Assembly: GCA_965277335.1 (NCBI GenBank)
Contig: CBDICJ010000007.1
Coordinates: forward strand, 155,780 to 219,779
DNA: 64,000 bases
Source of the DNA: Edaphobacter sp.
Lineage (GTDB): Bacteria; Acidobacteriota; Terriglobia; Terriglobales; Acidobacteriaceae
Reading direction: 5' to 3'
The notes below the pieces were generated by a model. The model made no database searches. It saw nothing but the letters and a program-made list of their open reading frames with translations, and was not told the DNA's origin. This document shows positions 8,163 through 18,150 of this stretch, piece after piece. Numbering within the stretch: the first letter of the stretch is position 1; each line of letters begins with the position of its first letter. Position numbers and translations under genes: made by a program.

Positions 8163-11100
8163 CTAAAACGCTTGTCCTATGCTGATGAAGTATTGTGTCG
8201 CCTGAATGCCCGGGATCGGATTGAGGTTGCGTCCTAGATCCAGTCGAATCGGACCTACGGGGGTTGCATAACGAAGTCCGACGCCTACGTTATTGGAATA
8301 GAGCGAGACGAAGTTGTGAAAGCCGACGTTCGAAAAGACATTGCCGCCGTCGTAGAAGCCCACGATCCCCAGACCCTTTTTGATCGGCAGCGGCACGCGC
8401 AGCTCGGTGTTGATCAGCAGAAGTTCATTGCCGCCGCTCGGAACCTGGATAAACGTACAGTCGGTGGTGGATCCGTTGCTGCAGACAGGAATCTGCCTCT
8501 GAGGTCCGGCTCCGTCCAGCGGAAAGCCTCGCAGCGTGTTGCCGCCTCCGGTAAAGAACTCCTCGCTGAGAGGAACGCGGCTGCTCGCAAAAGGCTGTGC
8601 CAGACCGATGCGAAGGCTGTTGGCCCAGACGATGTTGTGGAAGATCTGCTTATAGAAGGCAGCCTGCGCGATCAGCTTGGCGAAGCTGACGCTAGAGCCC
8701 AGTTTTGTTGTATTGAAGTCCAGTTCGACGCTCTGCAAAACACCCTTATGCTCGTCAAGAGCGTTATCTCGTGTGTCGCGGGTCACGTTTGCCGCCAGCG
8801 TGGAGAGTCGAACGTGCTGGTCCTGGGGCAGAACAAGCGAAGGGATTTCAATGCGGGTGAGATCGGTCTGGCTGAAGCTATAGCGCAGAAACAAAGTGTC
8901 GTTCCTCTTTTTATCGAGGTAGCGTTGTAGCTGATAACTGGCCAGCTCTTGCTGTGACGAGAAGACAGGGTTCTCTTCATCGCGTTCTGCGGAAAACGAG
9001 GTCGTGGCTTTCCAGAGAGACCACCGCAGGTTCGGGTCGATGTAATACGCGGCGACCCGCTGGTCCAGCCGGCCCGCAAAGCCAGTAAGCGAAAGCGACT
9101 CTCCCTTGCCGCGAAAATTGTTGCGTGTGTACTGGAAGGTTCCACGCGGCCCGAAGAAGGTTGTCTGACTTGTGGTGAAGGTAGAAGGCAGGCCGATAGG
9201 AGGCAGGTTCGGAAGCGCAACGGTTCCGCTGGGCACACTGCCGCCGCGATTGATGAGCTCGAAACCGAAGCCATACGTGATCTGGTTCTTCCTCGCTTCG
9301 TGAACTTTCACAAGAACATCTTCTTTTGTCTGTGTCGTGATATGACGGCGAGGGTCAACTTCTGCCCAGTCGAACACGCCCGTATGGTTGTAGAGCTGGC
9401 TCTCTGCGGTGAGCAGCTGCGTCTCGGTGAGCGGCTGCTCAGGCGTAATGGAGGCAATATCCCGGTTGATGAGCCGCTGTTGCGTCTGCACCCGGCCCAG
9501 AGTAACGACATCGCCTGCGTAGACCTGCGGCCCTTCATAGATCTGATAGACGACATTGATGTGATGGGAGTCCTTCTTCGACACAACGGCCGCGGTTTGA
9601 CGGAAGCTCGACGTCAGATATCCGGCCTTTAGATACTGAGCTACTATACTGGCCCTGTCTGCCTGGACGAACTTCTGCGAGTAGGGTTTGCCCGGCGCAA
9701 GCTTCAGACCATCGGGAGCAAACTTACTCTCCGGGAAGGTGTCGGCGCCGACAATTTGCAGCGAGTTGACGATGTCGCGAGGTCCTTCCGTGACATGAAA
9801 GCTCACCGCGACATTACCGCCGGGGCGGGTTACCGCCGGAACTACCTTCACATTGCTGAAACCCTCCGACTGGTAGACCGCTGTAAGATTCTTGGCACTC
9901 GCTCGGACGATCTGTTCGCTATAAGCCCCGGGAGAGAACAGGTGCGACTTCTGCACGGTGACGTAGTTGGCTAGATTCTGCGTCGGTAGCTGCTTGTTCC
10001 CTGCGATCTGAACCTCCGTCACCTTGTGCTTTTTCTCCTTTGCAATCCGGTACAGGATCGTGTCGCCGGACTGCTCCTGTTTAAACTCAGCATCGACCGT
10101 CACATCGAAAAATCCCTTGGCTTGAAAATAGGAAATCAGCGCCTGCCGGCCCTCCTGCACCGACTCGTCATCGGCGCCAATGCCTTGGTAAACAGGCAGC
10201 AGGGATTTACGCGTCCAGCTCCAGAGGTGGGCGCCGGTGATGTCGACCTTGACCAGCGGACCGGGTTGCACATCGAAATGAATGTCGGCGCGGTTGGTGC
10301 CGGCGTTATATTCGGCTCCCTGCAACTGCACCTGGGCGCCCAGTCTCCCCTGTTTTTCCAGTTGCGTCGAAAGATATTTTGTCGCCCGGGTCAGCGTGGT
10401 GCGGTTATATGTTTTCCCGGGCCTTATTGCAGCTCCGCGCGCGCGGGCGAGCAGCGTGCGCAGGCTGTGGCTTAGCCGTGCTGCCTGCTCAGGGGGAACA
10501 CTGGCGATATCGATCTGCCCAAATTTAGCGCGGCGATTCAGCTTGACATGAAAGCTGATATTGGCGAGCTCGTGGTCCGCCTGAATCTGAACCTCGGGGT
10601 TGACCTCGCATTGGAAGTAGCCCTCCTGTTGAAAGAATCGGAGCAGACGTCGACGGTCCCGCTCAATCTCATCCGCATTGAAAGGCGCCTCCGGGGGGAA
10701 ATTGGTGACCTGAATCAGACGCGAATAGGGAAACTGCTCGGCTCCCGGAAACTCGAATATTCCAAAGAAGACTGCAGGTTCGAGAATCAGCAAGACCCTG
10801 ACTCCCTTTGCCTCGGGTTCAATCTGAAGCTGAACCTCTTTGAATTTACCCGTCGCCTTCAATGCATCGACCGTCTGATCCAGCTTCTCGCTGGAGAAGG
10901 GCTGCCCCGCGCGCAGAGCGAACAAAGGCAAAAATTGAGCGGAGGTCAGATCTGGACGACCGGCAATCTCGATCCCGGTTACATTTTGCCCCTCATAAGA
11001 AGAGAAGGTTTGCTTCGTCGCCGGATCGGTCTTCGGAGTCTGACTGGATGCCGGCTTTGTATCCGGAGCGTTCGACTGGGCGTTCGTTTGACAACAGGCC

Positions 11101-11198
11101 AAAAAAAGAAAGCTCAATCCCCAAACCCGGAGAAGCCTGAATTTTAGCCGCACACGCCGGATTACAGTGTTATGGGCTGAGATGGAGGTACGCAACAA
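8163..11198 (-). CDS. Omp85 family outer membrane protein assembly factor (BamA/TamA-like, POTRA repeats)
   Basis: Signal peptide, POTRA-like repeats and a C-terminal 16-strand barrel region ending ...YFISIGQAF (aromatic beta-signal). The only start in frame is TTG at 11198, so the start is uncertain. Confidence 0.85.
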   Translation of the reverse strand: MLRTSISAHNTVIRRVRLKFRLLRVWGLSFLFLACCQTNAQSNAPDTKPASSQTPKTDPATKQTFSSYEGQNVTGIEIAGRPDLTSAQFLPLFALRAGQPFSSEKLDQTVDALKATGKFKEVQLQIEPEAKGVRVLLILEPAVFFGIFEFPGAEQFPYSRLIQVTNFPPEAPFNADEIERDRRRLLRFFQQEGYFQCEVNPEVQIQADHELANISFHVKLNRRAKFGQIDIASVPPEQAARLSHSLRTLLARARGAAIRPGKTYNRTTLTRATKYLSTQLEKQGRLGAQVQLQGAEYNAGTNRADIHFDVQPGPLVKVDITGAHLWSWTRKSLLPVYQGIGADDESVQEGRQALISYFQAKGFFDVTVDAEFKQEQSGDTILYRIAKEKKHKVTEVQIAGNKQLPTQNLANYVTVQKSHLFSPGAYSEQIVRASAKNLTAVYQSEGFSNVKVVPAVTRPGGNVAVSFHVTEGPRDIVNSLQIVGADTFPESKFAPDGLKLAPGKPYSQKFVQADRASIVAQYLKAGYLTSSFRQTAAVVSKKDSHHINVVYQIYEGPQVYAGDVVTLGRVQTQQRLINRDIASITPEQPLTETQLLTAESQLYNHTGVFDWAEVDPRRHITTQTKEDVLVKVHEARKNQITYGFGFELINRGGSVPSGTVALPNLPPIGLPSTFTTSQTTFFGPRGTFQYTRNNFRGKGESLSLTGFAGRLDQRVAAYYIDPNLRWSLWKATTSFSAERDEENPVFSSQQELASYQLQRYLDKKRNDTLFLRYSFSQTDLTRIEIPSLVLPQDQHVRLSTLAANVTRDTRDNALDEHKGVLQSVELDFNTTKLGSSVSFAKLIAQAAFYKQIFHNIVWANSLRIGLAQPFASSRVPLSEEFFTGGGNTLRGFPLDGAGPQRQIPVCSNGSTTDCTFIQVPSGGNELLLINTELRVPLPIKKGLGIVGFYDGGNVFSNVGFHNFVSLYSNNVGVGLRYATPVGPIRLDLGRNLNPIPGIQATQYFISIGQAF

Positions 11199-11327
11199 AC
11201 TTTTCCCTTTCGTCTATATGCAATAGAAACTTTGATGCATTTCACGGTTTCCTGCAGTATTGAAAATACGTCGGGATCTGCTTGAATCTATTCAGCCCAT
11301 CAACAGTTACCTTATAAGGATTGGCTT

Positions 11328-12209
11328 ATGACCAGCAGTCGAAGGCACACCTTGCGCTTGTTCGCCTCGTTCGGGATTGCGCTTCTATGTCACTCGATGT
11401 GCGCGATCGGTCAGGATAACTATGAGATCCAGGTCTATGGAGCAGATACAGTCGCACCCAAAACGATCATGTTCGAACTGCACAGCAACTATACGATTGA
11501 TGGCTTCAGGCCGTTGCCCGGCTCCCGTTACCAGGCTAACGGAACGTTTCCGACCGATCATGCGGAGCATGAAACCGTTGAGATTACCGCAGGCGTGACA
11601 TCGTGGTCTGAAGTCGGCTTTTATATCTTCACCAGCGAGCGCAACGGACAAGGGGTGCAATGGGTGGGCGACCACATTCGTCCAAGAGTCAGGGCGCCGG
11701 CAAGCTGGCATCTGCCCGTTGGACTCAGTTTGTCCAACGAGATCGGTTATCAGCGAGCGAGGTTCTCTCCAGATACCTGGACATGGGAGATCCGGCCCAT
11801 CATCGACAAACAGGTAGGGCGCTGGTACCTCGCGTTCAACCCTGCGGTAGACCGGTCGTGGCATGGACCGGGTGTAAGTCAAGGTGTTACGTTCGCCCCA
11901 AATGCAAAGGCAGGTTACGACTTCACCAAAAAAGTAAACGCCGGCATTGAGTACTACGCTGCATACGGCACCCTGTTCGGCTTTGATACCCTTCACGATC
12001 AGCAGCAGCAATTCTTTCTGGCAACCGACCTGAACGTTTCGCCGAAATGGGAGTTCAACTTCGGCATCGGTGTTGGTACCACTGCCTCAACAGATCACCT
12101 GATCTTCAAGACGATCGTCGGCAGACGATTCAATTGGGGTCGCGCGGCGGAGACTCCCGACACCTCCAAGGGCGACGTGAAGCAGGACAATAAGTCGAAA
12201 CCGCAATGA
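11328..12209 (+). CDS. Putative outer-membrane beta-barrel protein
   Basis: Signal peptide (LFASFGIALLCHSMCAIGQ) followed by alternating aromatic/hydrophilic beta-strand-like pattern. Family not recognised with certainty. Confidence 0.55.
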   Translation: MTSSRRHTLRLFASFGIALLCHSMCAIGQDNYEIQVYGADTVAPKTIMFELHSNYTIDGFRPLPGSRYQANGTFPTDHAEHETVEITAGVTSWSEVGFYIFTSERNGQGVQWVGDHIRPRVRAPASWHLPVGLSLSNEIGYQRARFSPDTWTWEIRPIIDKQVGRWYLAFNPAVDRSWHGPGVSQGVTFAPNAKAGYDFTKKVNAGIEYYAAYGTLFGFDTLHDQQQQFFLATDLNVSPKWEFNFGIGVGTTASTDHLIFKTIVGRRFNWGRAAETPDTSKGDVKQDNKSKPQ

Positions 12210-12230
12210 TGTGGCAAGCCCTCAAACCCT

Positions 12231-14741
12231 CTACCAGGTAAACCGGAGCGTCCGCTCCACATAGCCGCTACCTTGGGGGAAACTAAGTTCGATGGGCTGC
12301 AGCGGGCGTGACGACATGAGCCTTCCGTCCATCTGTACCCGAAGCTGCAGGTCGTTGATGCGAGTCTGCAGCTGCTGGCGGGAGCCCGCTGGAGCCGATA
12401 ACCGCAAGGTCAGCGATCTTGCATCGAGCGTCTGGTCGAGCACCTTCATCTGATGCGTGACGTCGCCTGGCACAGGCAGCGCCGACGCGACGAAAACCTC
12501 AACTGCGGGCAGCGGAATCAGCAGCGAGCCTCCACTCCGCCGCGTACCCTGCACAGAGCTCTCCAGGCCCACCTCGTTGCTCGCCGTAACTGCCATCTCG
12601 CGGCCCTTGCGCGTGAACTCCAGGTCGGTAAATCCTGTGCCTATCGCCAGCCTGCGCATAGCTGCGTGGTCCCAGTCGGCGGGAAGACTCGGCGCGACCG
12701 AGACGGTGTTGCGCGCGGCATCCCAGGAGATGCCGAACAGGCCGCGCACGATCGGCGTCACAACCATGGCCGAGGACCACAACTGGTGCGCCGTGCTGCG
12801 TCCCAGCGGCCGGAAATACTCGCCCGAGAGCAGCTCGGTGACGTCGCCCAGATCCTGCGACCAGGTCATGTTCGCGTTCTGCTCCAGGTGCGCGTAGCCG
12901 GAGAGGCTGCGGCCGGTGCGGTACTCCGCCAGCGAAACCCACCCCGTGTAGAGCGGCCACACCGTGCCCTGGTGATAGCTGATCGGATCGTAGAACGAGG
13001 TCGCCGGGCTGAGGTCGCGCGTGCCCCAGTCGGTCGAGAACTCGCTCGAAGCCCACCGCGTCATCAGAGATCCGGCTTTATCGAGCGCGAGGCCGCCGTC
13101 CCACCAGGCGACCGAAGGAAAGATGGTGGCGCTATCGTCCGTGCTGCCGTCCGCATTGCGGCTGAAGGCATAGCTCTGCGTCTTCGGCAGGTAGTATTCC
13201 TTTTCAATCTGCGCCTTGACGTGTTCGGCCCGGCGCTGTGCCGCGGCGGCAAGATCGCCATGCCCGGTCGCCTCGGCGAGCTTCGCGAAAGCTGTGCTTG
13301 CCTGCTGGTCGAGCGCGGCGAGATAGATCTCCTGGTGCGGCATCCCCGGCGGCCAGCTTTCCACCCACGCCGAGCCTTCGGTGTTCTCGTAGATGCCGTC
13401 GCCGTCGGAGTCGTGTGAGGTCTCGAAGCTCCACGCCTTCGCCAGCCCTGCCCAGTTCTTTTCGACGAATGCCTTATCGCCGCTGATCGCCAGGTAATCC
13501 TGCACCTCCATCAACAGCAGCGAAGTGGCATCGGCCGAGGCCCACTCGTAGGGCAGCCGCGCCCAGTCCACCAGGTCGGCGGCCTGCGACCACTCATGCA
13601 TGATCTTGCCGTCGCTCCTCTGCCGCTTCAGCAGAAACTCGACCTCCTGCCGCGAGAGCTTCAGGTCGCCGTAGCTGTTGACCGCGTACAGCGACCAGAG
13701 CGCGTCCCTGCCGAAAAACCAGCCGAAGCCGGGACGGGCGGTATCGCCGGAGGAGACAAAACCGGCGACCAGCCCGGTCTCGCTGTGCGTTGGAATCGTC
13801 TCCACACGCAACTGATCGATCGAAATTTCTCCCCAGCGGAATGCATCGTCGAGTTTGTGATCCGGCGTCTCGATCCCCGTGTGCTGCGCGAGGAATTGCT
13901 TGTAGTAGGCATGGTTATCCGCGAATGAATTCGCGAAGTTCGTATCCTGCGCGAGCAGCAGCTTGTCGAAGTTCTGCTTCGTGGCGGTCTGCTCGGTGTC
14001 CGCCGTGGCCATCAGCAGAGGATAGACATTGCCGGCGTCCCTCTTCGGATCGAAGTGAACGACGAACTGCAGAGGATAGACCTTCGCATGCTCTTGATAG
14101 GGAGCGAGGATGCCTGGCTGCGCGCCGGGAATCGCCAGCGCCGAAGCGTGATCGGGGAAGTTGAGGTGCAGCATATAAAAGCCGCTGCCCTCCGCGGTCG
14201 CAACCCACTCAGGCGAGGGTATGTCGTCCGACTGAGCCGGCCAGATGCACTTCATCTCGGGCGTGAAGCTGAAGGTGATGTCCATGGGCCGGATCGCCTG
14301 CACCTCGAAGTAAGCCGCCACGCCCGAGCCATCGACGGGGTGGTTGGGGGCAAAGAGCACCTCGCGAATCGTGAAGTTGGCATGGGCGAAGGTGATCGTC
14401 GTGCGATCCGGCTGCACTTCAATCGTCGAGGCATACTCGTTCACGTCGATAGGGACGTTGTAGTCCTGCATACGCGCCGCGATGCGCATATCTCGGAAGA
14501 GCTTCCAGGGAAAGATCCAGCTCTCGAACACGCCATCTTGCTGGCCCAGCAGCGCTCCTCGCGGCCCCACCACGGACAAAGGCTTGGCCGGGTTGATCTC
14601 CTGCAGAATAGAGAGGCCGCCGGTGCCGGGGCTATCGAATCGCGCGACCGGGGGCAACGCCCCTAAGGCAACCTCCGGTGTCTGTGCGGTGAGTGGCAGG
14701 CAAAACAGAATTGCGGCGCACGGGAAGAGGAGGACTTTCAT
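12231..14741 (-). CDS. Secreted (alpha/alpha)6 glycoside hydrolase, amylo-alpha-1,6-glucosidase/GDE_C-like
   Basis: GFGWFFGRDALWSLYA and YHQGTVWPLYTGW motifs are typical of the glycogen-debranching-like six-hairpin fold. Start trimmed to MKVLLFPCAAILFCLPLTAQ (signal peptide); the upstream ORF extension is repeat DNA. Confidence 0.7.
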   Translation of the reverse strand: MKVLLFPCAAILFCLPLTAQTPEVALGALPPVARFDSPGTGGLSILQEINPAKPLSVVGPRGALLGQQDGVFESWIFPWKLFRDMRIAARMQDYNVPIDVNEYASTIEVQPDRTTITFAHANFTIREVLFAPNHPVDGSGVAAYFEVQAIRPMDITFSFTPEMKCIWPAQSDDIPSPEWVATAEGSGFYMLHLNFPDHASALAIPGAQPGILAPYQEHAKVYPLQFVVHFDPKRDAGNVYPLLMATADTEQTATKQNFDKLLLAQDTNFANSFADNHAYYKQFLAQHTGIETPDHKLDDAFRWGEISIDQLRVETIPTHSETGLVAGFVSSGDTARPGFGWFFGRDALWSLYAVNSYGDLKLSRQEVEFLLKRQRSDGKIMHEWSQAADLVDWARLPYEWASADATSLLLMEVQDYLAISGDKAFVEKNWAGLAKAWSFETSHDSDGDGIYENTEGSAWVESWPPGMPHQEIYLAALDQQASTAFAKLAEATGHGDLAAAAQRRAEHVKAQIEKEYYLPKTQSYAFSRNADGSTDDSATIFPSVAWWDGGLALDKAGSLMTRWASSEFSTDWGTRDLSPATSFYDPISYHQGTVWPLYTGWVSLAEYRTGRSLSGYAHLEQNANMTWSQDLGDVTELLSGEYFRPLGRSTAHQLWSSAMVVTPIVRGLFGISWDAARNTVSVAPSLPADWDHAAMRRLAIGTGFTDLEFTRKGREMAVTASNEVGLESSVQGTRRSGGSLLIPLPAVEVFVASALPVPGDVTHQMKVLDQTLDARSLTLRLSAPAGSRQQLQTRINDLQLRVQMDGRLMSSRPLQPIELSFPQGSGYVERTLRFTW

Positions 14742-14835
14742 ACTCCAAACAATACCGCGTCGTGGCGTTCTGTGGGACTCCCTTCGGAGACCGTCTGAAG
14801 TCCCGCCTTGGAACCCGTCCAATAACTTCAAAGAA

Positions 14836-15028
14836 GTCGCCATCTCGACCGAAGCCACCGGGGTCGGCGAGCGCTTTTGTGTAAAGCATGTCATGGAACT
14901 TGACACAAAAGCGCTCGTGGGGTGGTAAGTCGTGCAGTTTTATCGCACGGCGAAGTGGAGAGATCCCCGTATTTCGCTTTTTGTCGTATTTCATCAAATC
15001 GGTGTCATCGTGAAGATCGGTGTTAAGC
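14836..15028. repeat. Composite repeat: D arm + IS-end scar + B module (reverse) + E module
   Basis: CATCTCGACCGAAGCCACCGGGGTC..GGCGAGCGC (D); 14878-14912 is identical to the IS481 right end plus flank at 19425-19459; GGTGGTAAG..CGTGC..GCACG..GGAGAGATCCCCGTATTTCGC (B, reversed); ATCGGTGTCATCGTGAAGATCGGTGTTAAGC (E). Confidence 0.85.
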
Positions 15029-15068
15029 CTCTGGCTTGAACACCTTCTTGAACTTCCTCACCCCTCAC

Positions 15069-16913
15069 TTACTTCGCCGCTGCGGTTGCATGTTCCTGCT
15101 CTTGAGATTGTCCCGCCCCTTCCGTCAACGTCACGATCCGGTCGATCGCCGGCAGTTTGAATCGCTCCTTGCGTCCGCTCGGCCATCTCACCTCCACGTA
15201 GTCGATTGACGTCGCCGATCCCAGCCCGAAGTGTAGCCGCATGTCACTGCTAGAGAGGTAGCTGCCCCCACTGCGCACCTCCTGGACATACCTTCTGCCC
15301 GCAGCCATCACCGTAACCCGCGCTCCAATGCCGTCGCGGTTGGACCTGGTCCCTACCGTCGCGATGCCGATCCAATGATTCGCGCTCGCCGCCCGGTTCA
15401 CCAGCAGCATCGGCTTGGCATTCATGTTGTTGATCGCCGCCGAGACGCGGCCATCGTTCCAGAGGTCCGCTGTCGCCAGCCCGCGGCTTGATTCGGGCTC
15501 GATCAGTCCCGGCCCCGAATGCGTACTGATGTCCGTGAACTTGCCGCCGCCCATATTCCGGTACAGCAGCCTGGGCTCCTTATAGGTCGAGCCGAGATGC
15601 TCGGTGTCGACCTCCGGATACACATGCCCATTGACCGACAGCAGGTCCGGCCAACCGTCGTTATCGATGTCCAGGAACACCGTTCCCCAGCCTAGATACT
15701 TTGTGTTCAGCCCAAGTCCCGCCTCCGTAATACGCGAACTGAACGTCCCATCCCCGTTGTTCCGGTAGAGCGACGAGGTGTCGTCGGAGAAGTTGGTCTT
15801 GAAGATGTCCTGCCGCCCGTCCCCATCGTAGTCTCCGACCGCGATTCCCATACCCGCCTGCTCGCGGCCGTCCTCATCGAACGCGACTCCGGCCTCTGCC
15901 GCCACATCCGTAAAGCTGCCGTCCTTGTTGTTGCGATAGAGGATGCTCGGCGTGCTGTCGCAAGCGATATAGAGATCCGGCCAGCCGTCATCGTTGTAGT
16001 CGAGCGAGGTCACGCTAAAACAGTAGTGGCCGTCGGTCGCCCGTATGCCGCTGCGCTTGCTCACATCCTCGAACCTGCCGTTGCCGAGATTGCGATACAG
16101 AATATTCGGCGTGGAAGCCAGGCCGCGCGGTCCGCACATCACCGGCGTTCCCTTCCAGATGCACATCAATCCCTGGCCCGGCTTGGGAACCGTCGCCACA
16201 TCAAAATCGACATAGTTCGCCACCATCAGGTCGAGCTTGCCATCGCGGTCGTAGTCGACGAAGGCGCATCCCGTCCCCCACGCGCGCCCATCGCCCGCAA
16301 CTCCCGCGAACTCCGCAACCTCCTTGAAGGTGCCGTCGCGTTCGTTGTGAAACAGGCGATTCTTGCCGTAATACGTTACGTACAGATCGGGATAGCCGTC
16401 GTTGTCATAGTCGCCGACGCACGCGCCCTGACCCCATCCCGCGATCTTGTCCAGCCCCGCCCGATGGGTCACGTCGGTGAAGGTCCCATCATGATTGTTG
16501 TGGTACAGGTGGCTGGTTGGCCCCGTCGAGGCCGCGTCCCTGCCCGTACCCTCCGCCGCTCCGTTGGCGAAAAAGAGGTCCGGCCATCCGTCGCGGTCAT
16601 AGTCCAGCACCGCAACGCCGCTTCCCGTGGTCTCGATAATGTACTTTTTGGTGTTTATCCCGCCGTTGACGTTCAGCATGGAGAGCCCAGCCTGCGGCGC
16701 GACATCGACGAACCACGCCGGCCCAGCTTGCGACGGCACAGGAGGATACGGAAGGTGTGCACTCTGGCCCAGCAGAGCGATGCTAAAGCAGCAAAGCAGC
16801 AGCCCGGTCAATACCTCCGAAGCTCTCCCCAAAACTGCTTCCAGAACTGCTTCCGGAACCGATTCCAGAACCGACCCCAGCGCCGTCTTCCGGAGCGTTC
16901 GCATCCTTGCCAT
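15069..16913 (-). CDS. CRTAC1 family protein (FG-GAP/VCBS repeats + ASPIC/UnbV C-terminal domain)
   Basis: Repeated DxDxDGxxD(L/I) FG-GAP motifs, and C-terminal NRDGIGARVTV...RSGGSYLSSSDMRLHFGLG...VEVRWPSG (UnbV_ASPIC). Start trimmed to MARMRT; the rest of the 982-aa ORF is antisense to the TPR gene. Confidence 0.88.
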   Translation of the reverse strand: MARMRTLRKTALGSVLESVPEAVLEAVLGRASEVLTGLLLCCFSIALLGQSAHLPYPPVPSQAGPAWFVDVAPQAGLSMLNVNGGINTKKYIIETTGSGVAVLDYDRDGWPDLFFANGAAEGTGRDAASTGPTSHLYHNNHDGTFTDVTHRAGLDKIAGWGQGACVGDYDNDGYPDLYVTYYGKNRLFHNERDGTFKEVAEFAGVAGDGRAWGTGCAFVDYDRDGKLDLMVANYVDFDVATVPKPGQGLMCIWKGTPVMCGPRGLASTPNILYRNLGNGRFEDVSKRSGIRATDGHYCFSVTSLDYNDDGWPDLYIACDSTPSILYRNNKDGSFTDVAAEAGVAFDEDGREQAGMGIAVGDYDGDGRQDIFKTNFSDDTSSLYRNNGDGTFSSRITEAGLGLNTKYLGWGTVFLDIDNDGWPDLLSVNGHVYPEVDTEHLGSTYKEPRLLYRNMGGGKFTDISTHSGPGLIEPESSRGLATADLWNDGRVSAAINNMNAKPMLLVNRAASANHWIGIATVGTRSNRDGIGARVTVMAAGRRYVQEVRSGGSYLSSSDMRLHFGLGSATSIDYVEVRWPSGRKERFKLPAIDRIVTLTEGAGQSQEQEHATAAAK

Positions 16914-16937
16914 GCTAGCACTCGGCAGCCAAAGCTC

Positions 16938-17999
16938 ATGGCAATTTACCATCGGCCTATGCGTGTGCGCTCGTGGTCCGTTCTCGTCGTGGCGATCACC
17001 CTTCCTCTGACCGTTGCCGCTCAACAGCCGGACGCCCCGGCGACTACGGCTCCAATCTCCAGCGTGGCCTCTGCCGACCAACAGTTGCAGCATGGTGACG
17101 CCCAGGCAGCCATTGCCACGCTGCAGGCACTCCAGGCACAAGCCCCAAACACCAAGGGATTGCAACATGAGCTTGGGCTGGCCTACTACCGCTCGGGCAA
17201 GCTGATCGAAGCCGAAGCCGCCTTTGCCAAGGCAGTCGAGCAGGACCCCAACGACAAGGAGTCCCTCCAACTCCGCGGCCTCACCCTCTACCGGCTCGGT
17301 CGTCCCGCCGCCGCAATTCCCTTCCTCGAGCAGGTTCGCCAGTGGATGCCCAACGGCAACGCCGACGCGAACTACGTGCTCGGCCTGTGCTACCTGAACT
17401 CCCGCCGCTACGACGACGCCCGCGGCGCCTTTGCCCAGCAGTATGGCCTCGCCCCGGCATCCGGAGCCGCCTATCTCCTGCTCGGCAACATGCTGCTGGC
17501 GGCAAATCTCCCGGAGCTCGCCCTGACCGCGGGGCAGAAGGCCCTGCAACTCACCCCGAACCTGCCCCTCGCGCACTTCATGCTCGGCGAAGTCTTCCTC
17601 TACAAATCCGACCCCGCAGCCGCGCTGAATGAATTCTCCCAGGAGCGCACGTTGAACCCAGCCTACGCCCCCACCTACGACCGCCTCGGCGACGCCTACC
17701 TCCGCACCGGCCAGCTCCAGCAGGCCCAGGAATCCCTCACCCGCGCCCTGTCCCTCGACCGTTCCAGCACCGGACCCTTCATCCAAATGGGCAAGGTCTT
17801 CCTCAAGAAAAACGAGTTCCCCGAAGCCGCCATGTACCTGCAGCACGCCGAGAAGATGGACCCCGGCAACTACATCACCCACACCCTGCTCGGACAGGCG
17901 TATCGCGGCATGGGCAACGCGGACCAGGCCAGGCAAGAACTCGACATCGCCGAGAAGATCCACGCCGCCGGCGAACTCAAGCTGGAGACGGTCCGCTGA
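16938..17999 (+). CDS. Tetratricopeptide repeat protein (secreted)
   Basis: Signal peptide (RSWSVLVVAITLPLTVAAQ) and several 34-aa TPR-like units (..LGLAYYRSGK.., ..LGLCYLNSRRYDDA.., ..LGDAYLRTGQ.., ..LGQAYRGMGN..). The upstream half of the 657-aa ORF is antisense to the CRTAC1 gene. Confidence 0.8.
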   Translation: MAIYHRPMRVRSWSVLVVAITLPLTVAAQQPDAPATTAPISSVASADQQLQHGDAQAAIATLQALQAQAPNTKGLQHELGLAYYRSGKLIEAEAAFAKAVEQDPNDKESLQLRGLTLYRLGRPAAAIPFLEQVRQWMPNGNADANYVLGLCYLNSRRYDDARGAFAQQYGLAPASGAAYLLLGNMLLAANLPELALTAGQKALQLTPNLPLAHFMLGEVFLYKSDPAAALNEFSQERTLNPAYAPTYDRLGDAYLRTGQLQQAQESLTRALSLDRSSTGPFIQMGKVFLKKNEFPEAAMYLQHAEKMDPGNYITHTLLGQAYRGMGNADQARQELDIAEKIHAAGELKLETVR

Positions 18000-18071
18000 A
18001 GCAGGCAGCTGATGCAAATCTCCTGAAGGTGTAAAGGCAGGGTAGCCTACTCGCGCTGTTTTCTCTCAAAA

Positions 18072-18150
18072 CCTGTCTAACAACTCCTAAAAATCGTCAT
18101 CTCGACCGAAGCCACCGGGGTCCCCGGCGAGCGCAGTTTATGTTCAGTCT
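18072..18150. repeat. Module D, left arm of a long palindrome interrupted by the IS
   Basis: CCTGTCTAACAACTCCTAAAAATCGTCATCTCGACCGAAGCCACCGGGGTCCCCGGCGAGCGC is the reverse complement of 19458-19520. Confidence 0.85.

Noticed and set aside
15069-18017. 982-aa ORF (minus) and overlapping 657-aa ORF (plus, 16026-17999)
   Set aside because: Each is a chimera of a real gene with the antisense shadow of its divergent neighbour. Only 15069-16913 (CRTAC1-like) and 16938-17999 (TPR) have recognisable domains and signal peptides. The remainders are Gly/Ala/Val/Arg-rich antisense translation.
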